Below are positions 27,832-37,700 of a stretch of 64,000 nucleotides of DNA, in pieces. Below the pieces are notes generated by a model that ran no database searches, was not told where the DNA came from, and worked only from the letters and a program-made list of their open reading frames with translations. Origin of the DNA: Thermoplasmatales archaeon I-plasma (GTDB lineage Archaea > Thermoplasmatota > Thermoplasmata > Thermoplasmatales > GCA-001856825); assembly GCA_001856825.1 (NCBI GenBank), contig ATMD01000004.1:170568-234567 (forward strand), written 5' to 3'. Numbering within the stretch: the stretch's first letter is position 1; each line of letters opens with the position of its first letter. Position numbers and translations under genes: made by a program.

Positions 27832-28484
27832 AGATTAAGTGCTTCTTCTATGTTAGAAATTTCCACAGTTGTACTGTCTTCACCAATCAATGCACCCTTG
27901 CTGTTCGAGACAACTGATGCCCCAACGTAGAGGCTCCCGAAGTTCGCAGTGCCAACCCTCCCTTTTACTCCAAACATCCTTCCAAGCTCCTCTATCTCCT
28001 CATCCGTCATGTTTGGTGGTATCACCATTCCGGAGGCTGTTACAAGTCCGCTGGAACCAACCGTCTTAATCTCCTTGAAAGCGCCTTTGAACACCTCAAC
28101 GCCTAGAACGTCCTTTATGATCCTCACAGACTCGTCGCTGAAATCCTCGTGAATCAGGGCTGCCTTGTCGTTCACCAGTATGTTGTTGCCTACTGCATTC
28201 AGATTGTCCTTGAGAACTGCGACGTTGCTGTCCTTTGGTATGGCGTTCAGTTCCTCTTCAGATGCAATGTTGCTGAATATCATACCGTTTGAATTCATAA
28301 CTGAAAGCGACCCCAGGAGGTTCGAACTCCCAATTGTCATCTCGATTGGTTCTGTCTTAAGGTAGTAGGATACTAGGCTCTTGATGTCGCGGTCGGAGTT
28401 CCTAGGGACGAGGGTGTATGCCTCCCAAGTTTTGAGGTAAACCCCCAGAAAAGGAGAATTGAAAATCCTTGATACCTGTATCAT
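27828..28484 (-). CDS. eif6: translation initiation factor 6
   Basis: 218 aa with the five-fold pseudo-repeat GSSNLLGS / NSNG / VGNNILVND pattern of aIF6. Located in the L39e-L31e-aIF6 operon. Confidence 0.9.
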   Translation of the reverse strand: MIQVSRIFNSPFLGVYLKTWEAYTLVPRNSDRDIKSLVSYYLKTEPIEMTIGSSNLLGSLSVMNSNGMIFSNIASEEELNAIPKDSNVAVLKDNLNAVGNNILVNDKAALIHEDFSDESVRIIKDVLGVEVFKGAFKEIKTVGSSGLVTASGMVIPPNMTDEEIEELGRMFGVKGRVGTANFGSLYVGASVVSNSKGALIGEDSTTVEISNIEEALNL

Positions 28485-28759
28485 GCCTGGTCTGGAAGAA
28501 GCACCTCTGCCGAATTATCCTCTTCCAGTTTTAGAATTTTCACCCTAAGTTTCCTAGGTGGCTTTTCAATGCCCCTCTTCCATATGAACCTGTTCACTGA
28601 ATCGTCTATCCAGACGTTCTCTGAAGGGACCTTCATGAAACGTGCAACCTTGCCCCTGAGCAGGGACACAGCAGCAGAACTCCTTCTCTTCCTTGAAACG
28701 TAAACTATTTCCCTCAACGATATCGTCATTTCTACTTCTTTCTCTGCCAATCTTCTCAC
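28481..28759 (-). CDS. rpl31e: 50S ribosomal protein L31e
   Basis: [39 protein letters not shown] start. Confidence 0.9.
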   Translation of the reverse strand: MRRLAEKEVEMTISLREIVYVSRKRRSSAAVSLLRGKVARFMKVPSENVWIDDSVNRFIWKRGIEKPPRKLRVKILKLEEDNSAEVLLPDQA

Positions 28760-28911
28760 TCCTTCAGTTTATTCCTTCTCCACGTCCTCCTCTTGGGATT
28801 GGTGGTAACTCTCCTGTTCGTCTTCATCATAACCCACGCGGGTACCCTGGAATTCTCGTTCACTTTTGCCATCAGTCTCTTCTTCGTCGCAACATGCTTA
28901 TTTCGTGCCAA
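28756..28911 (-). CDS. rpl39e: 50S ribosomal protein L39e (missing from the ORF track because it is under 60 aa)
   Basis: My translation from TTG at 28911 gives [51 protein letters not shown]. The stop overlaps the L31e GTG by 4 nt. Confidence 0.85.
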   Translation of the reverse strand: MARNKHVATKKRLMAKVNENSRVPAWVMMKTNRRVTTNPKRRTWRRNKLKE

Positions 28912-28917
28912 ATACGT

Positions 28918-29259
28918 TCATCTCCTCTCTATTTTAGTCTCTCTCTTTTCCGATAACCTTGCCAGGAGGGATTTTACCTCTGCATCAGTGATCAGCCTGT
29001 TCAAGCGACCTGACTGGGCAAGCATTATTATCTGGTTCTCCACATTCTCCACTAACTCTGGCCTGACGAGCTTCACGTTTGTGAGCCTCTCGTAGGCTTC
29101 CGGCGTCACAAACCTCTTGACGATATCCTGCCTCTCCTTCTCCGCAGCCTTTCTCTGTATCTCTTCCCTGTCCTGCATTGCCTGGTTTGCTGCTGCCTGA
29201 TTCTGGAGATCAGCGAGGCGTTTCCGTTTGATTTCTTCAAGTTCCCTGTCGTCAGTCAA
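28918..29259 (-). CDS. PDCD5/TFAR19-like DNA-binding protein
   Basis: LEEIKRKRLADLQ...TPEAYERLTNVKLVRPE..IIMLAQSGRL pattern of the archaeal PDCD5 family. Confidence 0.8.
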   Translation of the reverse strand: MTDDRELEEIKRKRLADLQNQAAANQAMQDREEIQRKAAEKERQDIVKRFVTPEAYERLTNVKLVRPELVENVENQIIMLAQSGRLNRLITDAEVKSLLARLSEKRETKIERR

Positions 29260-29271
29260 TTCCCTTCACCC

Positions 29272-29718
29272 CTAGAGATACTTCTCAATTGATGGTACAC
29301 TCTCCTTCAGCTGCCCTGCCGCATTTACAGCTGCAGAGTTCAACAGCTTTGCTCCCGCCGATGATAAAGTCCTCCCTTTCTTGTTCTTCAGTACATAACC
29401 GAGCTTTTCCAGATCCTGCAGTGCATTCCTGAGGATCTTCCTTGATCCCTTGCCTGCATGATGTGCCTTGGACCCCCTGTCCACCTTTCCCCCGTATTCA
29501 GATGCGAGTTTCTCTATGCCAATAGGGGAATTAACAGCAACCTTCCTCAGTACCGAGGCTACCCTCATGTAGTACCAGTTGACGTCGTTCGGTCCCCTCT
29601 CCTTGTGCTGGCCCGTCTTTACTTCCTTGGCCCATTTTGGCTCTTCGATCTCCTTTGAAAGCCTGCTTGATAGTTCCTTTATCAACATTTCAGGCGGTAT
29701 ATCCTTGAAATTGACCAT
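29272..29718 (-). CDS. rps19e: 30S ribosomal protein S19e
   Basis: P(E)WAKEVKTGQHKER.P...NWYYMRVASVLRKV and GSRKILRNALQDLEKLGYV. Confidence 0.9.
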   Translation of the reverse strand: MVNFKDIPPEMLIKELSSRLSKEIEEPKWAKEVKTGQHKERGPNDVNWYYMRVASVLRKVAVNSPIGIEKLASEYGGKVDRGSKAHHAGKGSRKILRNALQDLEKLGYVLKNKKGRTLSSAGAKLLNSAAVNAAGQLKESVPSIEKYL

Positions 29719-29774
29719 TGCAACATCCTTCCTTAACCGTATAGGGAATTATTATTTAAAACTCGTTTTCCTGA

Positions 29775-31721
29775 TTACCTTAGTCTCACTGTTTCAAGAT
29801 TGTAGGGCGCATAACTATCCACGCCGAACTTCATGGAGAGAGCCCTTGAGAATTCCACCGCATTCTTTGCATCTCCATGGTTTACAAGAATTCTCTTTGG
29901 CTTGAATTCAAGTGCCTCTATATACTTCATCAGCTGCCTTCTATCTGAATGGCCCGAGAAACCGTCTACGCTCTCAACCGTCAGTGCAATCTTCACTTCC
30001 TTGAGACCGTCGTTCCTCCTGATGTTCAGCTGCTTCGCGCCTGAAAGGATCCTCCTTCCCGTTGTACCCTCCGCCTGGTAACCTACAAATACGAGGAAGT
30101 TCCTCTCGTCGTTGGCCCAGTTAGAGAAATATTCCATGACGGGGCCGCCGTTCATCATGCCGGAAGTGGCTAGGACAACGAGTGGACCAACGTCGCTGAC
30201 TATCTCTTCCCTCGTATCTGGTGCATCTACACGAACGAATATTTCTGACAGGAACGGGTTCTCCTTCTTCCTTGTTATCAGGTCCCTCAGGTTTGAATTG
30301 AGGAATTCCGGGTATGCTGTATGAATACTCGTCGCCTCATATATCATTCCGTCCAGGTATACGGGTACCTTTGGAATCTCCCCCAATCGATACTTTTCCT
30401 CGAGTACGAGCATTACCTCCTGGGACCTTCCAACAGCAAAGACGGGGACCAGCACCTTCCCCTTCCTCTCTGCAGCGAGCCTGACTATCTGTGCAAGCCT
30501 TTCTCCTGCTTCCTGTCTCGTAGGCTGGAAATCGTTCCTGCCTCCGTAAGTGCTCTCAGTGACGAACGTTTCCACCCTTGGCAGCCTGCTGTCTGCAGCG
30601 TTGAAGAGCCAGGAATTCATGTATTTTATATCCCCTGACATTAGGAGGTTGTGGAAACCTTCTCCTATGTGGAAGTGCACAACTGATGAACCCAGTATGT
30701 GCCCTGCGTTCCGGAGAGTGACGCGGACGTCGGATGAAATGTCAGTTGTCTCATTGTAGTTCAAAGTGACTGTGTGCCTTATGAGCTTCCTTATATCGTC
30801 CATCTTGTAAGGCACCTTCCTGTTCTCTGACATGCCCAGCTTCACGTAGTCCATTAGTAGCAGCAGTAGGAGGTCCCTGGTTGGCGCCGTAAGGTAAACG
30901 GGACCATCGTACCCTATGTTGAAAAGGTAAGGTAGAAAACCGCCGTGATCCATATGTGCGTGTGTGAGAACAACGCCATCTATAGAATTCAACGGCCATA
31001 TTTCAGGTGCGTTGAGATAAGGAGCACCGCTTGCGGGATCATCGGTATCTATAGCTGCTGGATCGAGACCGCAGTCTATCATTATCTTTGAATTCTTCGT
31101 CATGAGAAGGGACGATGCCCTCCCCACTTCCCTCCATGCGCCAAGGCACGTGAGGCGGACGTAGTTCTCCCCGGGCAGGGGGTCCCTGGATATCCTCTTT
31201 CCGAGGTCCCTGAGGAATTTCCTCCTCTCCTCTGATTCTGCCTTCATGAATTCGCGTACCATCTTTATGGTGGCACTCTTGATAGGAGGCGTCCTTATTA
31301 TTCTCGGAGCCCACTTAACCTCCTTCCTTATGTTTGCCATTATCTGTGAATCATACCCCTGAATCCTTTCTGGGTCGTCCACCTCTATGAGCACCTCGCC
31401 AGAATCATGCTCGAAGAATATGTCCGATATGGAAACGCCCTCTGGCATTATCTTCCTTATCTTTTCCTCTGCCTCCTCCTCATCGACAAGGGATGATGAA
31501 TCCGGCCTGACTACGATCCTCTTCCTTATGGACTGGGCTAGCTTCTTTATCTTTTCTTGGTCCTCAAGGAATTTATGGCTCTCCTTCGAATAGAGGACGA
31601 CGTTTGCGCCTTCCATGTCCAGGCTGGTGTATTCCAGTCCAGGAAATATCAGTTCCAGGTTTTCCTTTGTTATAGCTATTACTTCTTCATATTTCATTAA
31701 AAATTCCTTCTTTAAAAACAA
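29775..31721 (-). CDS. aCPSF1/FttA beta-CASP ribonuclease with N-terminal KH domains
   Basis: LTHAHMDHGG metallo-beta-lactamase motif, a beta-CASP region and a C-terminal VNHGD. 648 aa. Confidence 0.9.
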   Translation of the reverse strand: MFLKKEFLMKYEEVIAITKENLELIFPGLEYTSLDMEGANVVLYSKESHKFLEDQEKIKKLAQSIRKRIVVRPDSSSLVDEEEAEEKIRKIMPEGVSISDIFFEHDSGEVLIEVDDPERIQGYDSQIMANIRKEVKWAPRIIRTPPIKSATIKMVREFMKAESEERRKFLRDLGKRISRDPLPGENYVRLTCLGAWREVGRASSLLMTKNSKIMIDCGLDPAAIDTDDPASGAPYLNAPEIWPLNSIDGVVLTHAHMDHGGFLPYLFNIGYDGPVYLTAPTRDLLLLLLMDYVKLGMSENRKVPYKMDDIRKLIRHTVTLNYNETTDISSDVRVTLRNAGHILGSSVVHFHIGEGFHNLLMSGDIKYMNSWLFNAADSRLPRVETFVTESTYGGRNDFQPTRQEAGERLAQIVRLAAERKGKVLVPVFAVGRSQEVMLVLEEKYRLGEIPKVPVYLDGMIYEATSIHTAYPEFLNSNLRDLITRKKENPFLSEIFVRVDAPDTREEIVSDVGPLVVLATSGMMNGGPVMEYFSNWANDERNFLVFVGYQAEGTTGRRILSGAKQLNIRRNDGLKEVKIALTVESVDGFSGHSDRRQLMKYIEALEFKPKRILVNHGDAKNAVEFSRALSMKFGVDSYAPYNLETVRLR

Positions 31722-31739
31722 AAATAATAAAATTAACGA

Positions 31740-32399
31740 CTATTTAAGTTTCTTCACTCTCTTCTGTATTTCCTCCTCAGTGAGTTCCTTGTACCCTTCT
31801 TCCGGAGTTATTGTCACTATATCAAAACCGTTCCCTGTCGCAGCATCTCTCTGCAGGGACGTTGATATTGCCCTGATCGCAAGATCAATGCCTTCATCCT
31901 TCGACATATTTTCCTCATAACCGTCCTCGAGGACGCCATATACGAAAGGAGAACCTGATCCCGTGCTTACGTACTTATCCTCAACAGAACCGCCCGCTTC
32001 GTCTATGGAGAAGACGTGGGGTGATGAATCATATCCTGCAATTATTATCTGAACGTAGAATGGAGCAAATTTTGTCTGATTCAGCATGTTTGCAAGCAGC
32101 GTAGATAGGCCGGCTACGGTAATCCTCGTACCTTTCTTGTACTTGAAGAGTTCTGCCTCTGCCTTCAGGTACCTCACCAGAGTCTGTAGGTCCCCTACCA
32201 ATCCAGCAGTCGTCATCCCAATGAAATCGTCTACCTTGTACACCTTCTTCCCCACTTTATGAGCCACCATGTAACCTGCGGTAACCCTGTGATCTGCAGC
32301 GATAACTATTCCTCCCTTTACAACCATCGCAAGTGTTGTAGTTCCAGTTTTAAGCTCTTCCATAATTAGCACCTTTACAAAACTTACCGGACTATGCAT
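31740..32399 (-). CDS. psmB: proteasome beta subunit
   Basis: The propeptide ends in ..KTG/TTTLAMVVKGGIVIAAD, placing the active-site Thr at the cleavage site. The true start is probably the internal Met (MEELKTG, about 32363). Confidence 0.9.
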   Translation of the reverse strand: MHSPVSFVKVLIMEELKTGTTTLAMVVKGGIVIAADHRVTAGYMVAHKVGKKVYKVDDFIGMTTAGLVGDLQTLVRYLKAEAELFKYKKGTRITVAGLSTLLANMLNQTKFAPFYVQIIIAGYDSSPHVFSIDEAGGSVEDKYVSTGSGSPFVYGVLEDGYEENMSKDEGIDLAIRAISTSLQRDAATGNGFDIVTITPEEGYKELTEEEIQKRVKKLK

Positions 32400-32542
32400 A
32401 TGCTTTATTTAATAACTTCGTTCCAAAAATACTGATTTTCAGTCGAAAATTTGTATACGATAACATTATATTTCACTCTTTATTAATCCGAACGTGAGGG
32501 TTTCAAAATATTACTTTCACAGTAAACTAGAGGTGATAAAAA

Positions 32543-33808
32543 ATGAATATAGATCCAAATATCACCAAGTATCTCATGAAGGTAAAGATAGTCACCGACG
32601 GGATCGTGGAAAAACCCGATGTGGTGGGTGCTATTTTTGGCCAGACGGAGGGCTTGCTGGGTGACGAATTAGATTTAAGAGACTTGCAAAAATCTGGAAA
32701 AATAGGAAGAATTGAAGTAGACATAGAATCGAAGGGAGGGAAGTCCGAGGGGACTGTATACATCCCGTCTGGTGTTGACCAGGTGGAGACAAGCATTGTT
32801 GCTGCCAGCCTGGAAACAATAGACAGGATAGGGCCATGCAAGGCTAAGGTAGAAGTACTGAGCGTAGAGGATGTCAGGGTCGCAAAGAGGGAAAAGGTCA
32901 TTGAGAGGGCAAAGGAAATACTTGAAAAGATGCTCCTGAACAACAAGAACCTTGGCGAAGACCTAGTTCAAACAGTAAGGAGCAAGGTAGAGAATTCGGA
33001 AATAGCTGCCTATGGACCTGACAAGCTTCCGGGAGGACCAAACCTGAATTCAAGCGAATCCATCATAGTGGTTGAAGGAAGAAACGATGTCCTGAACCTG
33101 CTGAAATTTGGAATCAAGAACACTATCGCAGTAGAAGGGACGAACATATCAAAGACAATTTCCGACCTTACAAGGCAGAAGACGTCCACTGCGTTCCTTG
33201 ACGGGGACAGGGGTGGAGACCTTATCCTCAAGGAACTGCTCCAGGTAGCAGACATCGACTTTGTTGCAAGGGCACCGAGCGGTTTTGAGGTGGAGGAACT
33301 CACTTACAAGCAGGTTGTGAAGGCCCTTAGGGACAAAATGCCTCTTGACCAGTATCTGGCATCGCACGGAATGCAGGAAGAACTGAAGACACTGAATACG
33401 AAGAATGAGACGCCATCTAGGAAGAAGGAGGAAGCTCCTGCACAGGTTGCTTCCAGCGCTGAGACCAAGTCAAACGGCTCTTCCGCAGCAACGGAAGGCG
33501 CACAGAAGGCGCAGACAGTAAAGCCCTACATGAAGATCCTAGACGAGGCATCCCAGGACAAGGAAGTCAGGTTTTACGATGATTCCTGGAATCTCATAGG
33601 CAGGCTTCCCCTGAACGAGGTCATTGAGAAGTTTGACTCAATAGAGAAGAAATACACAAAGATCGTGACGGGTGGAATAGTCTCGCAAAGGTTGCTAGAT
33701 ACGGCATACACAAACGGCATAAGGGAGATCTACGGAATAAAGCTGGGGCACATAGCAAAGAGGCCAGCTGACATAAAGGTCATAACAAAAGAATTCGGAC
33801 GGAACTGA
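32543..33808 (+). CDS. dnaG: archaeal DnaG (TOPRIM) primase/exosome subunit
   Basis: VVGAIFGQTEGLLG, TOPRIM VVEGRNDV and DGDRGGDLI. Confidence 0.9.
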   Translation: MNIDPNITKYLMKVKIVTDGIVEKPDVVGAIFGQTEGLLGDELDLRDLQKSGKIGRIEVDIESKGGKSEGTVYIPSGVDQVETSIVAASLETIDRIGPCKAKVEVLSVEDVRVAKREKVIERAKEILEKMLLNNKNLGEDLVQTVRSKVENSEIAAYGPDKLPGGPNLNSSESIIVVEGRNDVLNLLKFGIKNTIAVEGTNISKTISDLTRQKTSTAFLDGDRGGDLILKELLQVADIDFVARAPSGFEVEELTYKQVVKALRDKMPLDQYLASHGMQEELKTLNTKNETPSRKKEEAPAQVASSAETKSNGSSAATEGAQKAQTVKPYMKILDEASQDKEVRFYDDSWNLIGRLPLNEVIEKFDSIEKKYTKIVTGGIVSQRLLDTAYTNGIREIYGIKLGHIAKRPADIKVITKEFGRN

Positions 33809-33919
33809 GCTGTTCTAAACAGTCAAGTGGGGATGGCGGTATTTGCCATTCCCCTTATTCTTTCTTTTAAATAGTACTTTTAAAATTTCTTTAAAAACTG
33901 ATATTTGTGATGCCAATCA

Positions 33920-34219
33920 TCACATATTAAGCATCTTTCTCGCCTCATCGGATATCATGTCAAGATTCCACTGAGGCTCCCAGACAAGTTCTATGTCGCA
34001 CTCCTTGACTCCCGGAAGTTCCTCCACCCTTTTTTGGGCCTCTACAAGGATCCAGTCAGTAACTGGACAGCTTGGCGCAGTCATAGTCATTCTTATGCTC
34101 ACTTTGTCATTGTCAATGTCCAGGTTGTAAATAAGCCCAAGATTAACTATATCAACGCCTATTTCCGGGTCGCTGACTGTTTTGAGCACTTCCAGTACCT
34201 CTTCCTTTGTTACCATCAC
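33920..34219 (-). CDS. DUF59/MIP18 (SufT-like) Fe-S assembly protein
   Basis: V.DPEIGVDIVNLGLIY and MTMTAPSCP. Confidence 0.8.
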   Translation of the reverse strand: MMVTKEEVLEVLKTVSDPEIGVDIVNLGLIYNLDIDNDKVSIRMTMTAPSCPVTDWILVEAQKRVEELPGVKECDIELVWEPQWNLDMISDEARKMLNM

Positions 34220-34322
34220 GTAAAAATCTAAACTACGTATTCATATTTTTTGTCTTTCCAATTTGTCCAAAGGCCGGGCACATTAGTTATATATCCGAAT
34301 ACTTCTTCTCGCACTGAATAGC

Positions 34323-34799
34323 ATGAAGAAGGTATCTGTGATTATGGGAAGCACAAGCGACCTGGAAGTGATGAAGGACGCAATCACGACCCTCAAGGAT
34401 TTCGGTATTTCGGTGGACTATGGTGTTTATTCTGCTCACAGGTCTCCGGAGAGACTTGTTGAATACTGCTCAAACATCAAGAAGTCAGGGATCGAAATAG
34501 TCATTGCAGGTGCTGGTGGCGCTGCCGCCCTTCCCGGGATGATAGCCGCCCTTACGGACGTACCTGTGATAGGGGTGCCTATAATGGGAAAATCGCTGAA
34601 CGGCCTGGATTCCCTGTTGAGCATAGTCCAAATGCCGCCAGGAGTGCCCGTTGCTACAGTCGGTATAAACGGTTCAAAGAATGCTGCCTTACTGGCAGCA
34701 AGGATTCTTGCAAGGTATGACGACCAAATCTCAGCGAAACTGGAAGAATTCATAAAGAAACAAAAGAAGGAGGCTGCAGAGAAGCAGCTCGTTCTCTGA
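34323..34799 (+). CDS. purE: phosphoribosylaminoimidazole carboxylase catalytic subunit / N5-CAIR mutase
   Basis: [16 protein letters not shown] and [10 protein letters not shown]. Confidence 0.9.
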   Translation: MKKVSVIMGSTSDLEVMKDAITTLKDFGISVDYGVYSAHRSPERLVEYCSNIKKSGIEIVIAGAGGAAALPGMIAALTDVPVIGVPIMGKSLNGLDSLLSIVQMPPGVPVATVGINGSKNAALLAARILARYDDQISAKLEEFIKKQKKEAAEKQLVL

Positions 34800-37700
34800 T
34801 CACTTGTATTTCTTGGGTATCATCTGCTCATACCATTTCTCGGTGACTTCGTCGCTTTCCTGCCTCTCGAGTTTTATGTTTATGGATTGAAGATACTTAG
34901 ATATCCTTTTCTTGGTTTCATCCCTTAGTTCCGTGGTTATGGAAAGCTTGTTCCCTGATCTCTTTCCCTTGAAGAATATGGGATCGTACCCGTCCCTCAG
35001 CAGGACCATTTTCCCCTGTGGTTTCCATCCGAGTATCAGAGAGACGTGTTCCATCGAGAGCGTCCTAGGAAGGAGGACAACGTCTTCGTTGCTTGCATTA
35101 GGCGTAAAATTCTCATCTTTCCAGCAGTACATCAGCTCATCCCTGGACTTTAGCGGAAGTATCCTCCGGAACTTTCCTGCCTCCATTCCCCTGGAAAGAT
35201 AGGATGATACAAAATTCCCATCTATTGAGTTGCCAAATATTGAAGAGAGTATCCTGCCGTTGAATATGCCCAGTTCCCTAGTGATACGGTCCATTGCTTC
35301 TTCCCCTATACCCGAAACCTGTGTGAGCTGATACCTGCCCTTGTTGTCCTTGTAGATTAAGCACTTCTTAAGCATCTCATTAAGGTAATTCAACGTCTGA
35401 TTTATGGTGAAGCATGACCGTTCTACCACTATTTCCCTGGATAGTACTGGCATCTTCTTCACTATCTCGTAAAGCTTCTTTGCGTTGTCACTAAGCGAAT
35501 CGTATTTTACGGATGCTAAAAGAGAAACATTTTCCTTGCTAAGGTAACCCTGCGTCCCGTCGATGATGTACCCCTGTACTGCCAGATTGCTCATCACTAG
35601 CTTGTCAAGATCGATGCTCCGCTGGCTCTTCATCATCAATTCAAAGTTGCCCTTGTAGCCGAGTATTGAATCCAGGGCAACCACTGGATCTGAGTGTTTA
35701 TAACCGTTTGAGAGGTGGTGCTTCGCAACGAGGTACCTGATCATGTCCTCCTCATCCATCGACAGGTCATCTACCGTCGTTCCGTTTACCATGAAGTTCC
35801 TTATCATGGAGTACCCAAGCTGCTGCAACCTTGCCTTGTCAGGAACAGGGAAAGTGATCCTCCTGATAACCAAAGAATCAAAATGCTCCATCCTTGATAT
35901 CTCCCTGACGACTTCCATCACCTGGTCGAAGTTGCCGGAATAATCACCATTTATCTCGAATATCTCAAGGATGCCGTTTTCTGTTGCCGTTTCTACCCCT
36001 AGCCGCACCGCACCGTCTTCCAGAAGGAAATAGGTCATCCCTTCGCCTGTCTCCCCCTCAATCCTCTCCCTGTTCACCAGGAAGAGAGGGTCCCTTGTAC
36101 TGATAACTGCCTTCTGTTTCGTGAATGTGACGTCCGAATAGAGGTACGTAGAATGCCCGCTTACCATCTTCTTCACATTGAGCTTCCCTATGTACTTCCT
36201 GACCAGTCCTCCAAAGGTCTGCACCACTTCATCTATGCTGATCGGACCGTACGTGGAGACGAATCGCTCCAGCAGTTCAACAGGTTCCACGGGTTCCTCG
36301 CTCACCTTTACAGGCCTGCCTTGTTTCGACACTACATAGTTATTCCTAATCAGTTTCTCAAGCGTCTTCTCCTCGACGTCCTGCATGCCGTACTTTCCCT
36401 TCCTGATAAGGTCCAATATCTCCTTCTCTTCCTTCCCCAGGTCTTCTACCCTGTTAAGTGAGATAAGCTGCGGAAGGTACTTCTCGTCAAAATACCCCCT
36501 TATCTGGCCTGCAAAATGACCGTATACTATCCCCTTCGAATTCATCTGTGTTTCGGGATAGCCTCTAATTGAGAGGGAGCTTGAATCGTTTGCAATAAGG
36601 TAATCGTCAAAATAATTCTCCCCAAACTTCTGGAGTGCCCTGTTCAGCCTGATCCTGCCTATCTCGATCTCGTCTGTAGCCTTTAACTTCTTCAGGTCAT
36701 CTGACAGTATGTACTGTTTCTCCCTCTTGGGGAAGAACCTGCCTGAAACTATGACCTTTCGAGTTGTGAGGTCCTCTATCACCTCTTCCAGCTCATTAAT
36801 CTGTCCTATCCTGTCGACTATTTCGTTGAATGTCAGGGGACCGTTCTGCCAAAGGAGCCACTGGACGACTCTTGTGATTGAATCGATCCTATCCGCCCTC
36901 TCCACATTTCTGTGATACCATTTCACCCTGTTTCCATGGCGCAGGAAATAGGCAGTATAGGCCCTCTCCATCTTTCTCAGCACAATCAGTGTTGACTCCG
37001 GATCGAGGGAGTTCTTTTTGGCAATGGAATTTGTGCTTTCCCCATCTTCGAAATTGACCTCCTTATCATTCTCCTGCATGAAGACGGCAGCTAGATAGGG
37101 TACGTTCTCCCTCAGGGCGTAAGTTGTCTTTCCTGTGAACACCGGGACTATCTCACCGCTTCGTAAATGCTCTGCAAGCCTGTCCAGGTATTCCTCAGGG
37201 TTGTCCGCTTTCTTGAACGGAGAGAATGAGACAGTGGAATACAGGTCTGCAAAACCTGCCTTTCTCAGGAAGTCTGTAATTCCGCTATCGCTGCCTATTA
37301 GTTGCTTTGATTCCTGGTAATTCATGAGGGATTCTATGTCCACCTCTGAGCTTCCTTCAAGTCCCATCTTAGTCAGCAAAGCCTCCTGAAGCTCCCTGAT
37401 AATGGCGCTCTTGTCCTCCATCAGTACTACGTCAGTGATTCCGGTTGATATGATGCCGAACCCGAATGGACTGGGGTATCTTGTGTAGTCCCTTGTTATT
37501 ATCTCTATCTCCCCATCCCTTATTGATTTCAGAATCTTCTCTGAATTTTCTATATCCATCACGATACTCTCTATTTCCCTGAAAGTCTCCTCTATAATGG
37601 GGAAATTTTCCATAGAAAAAAGTATGTTCAGGACCCTCTCGCTCCTGAGCTGCTGCCTGGCGACTGATACCTCCCTTCCCCTGTACCTCCTGAGTACCAT

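Noticed and set aside
32527-32946. 139-aa ORF antisense to the 5' end of dnaG, and similar antisense ORFs inside lhr, rpoA1, rpoB and aCPSF1
   Set aside because: These are shadow ORFs inside strongly supported genes, with low-complexity translations.
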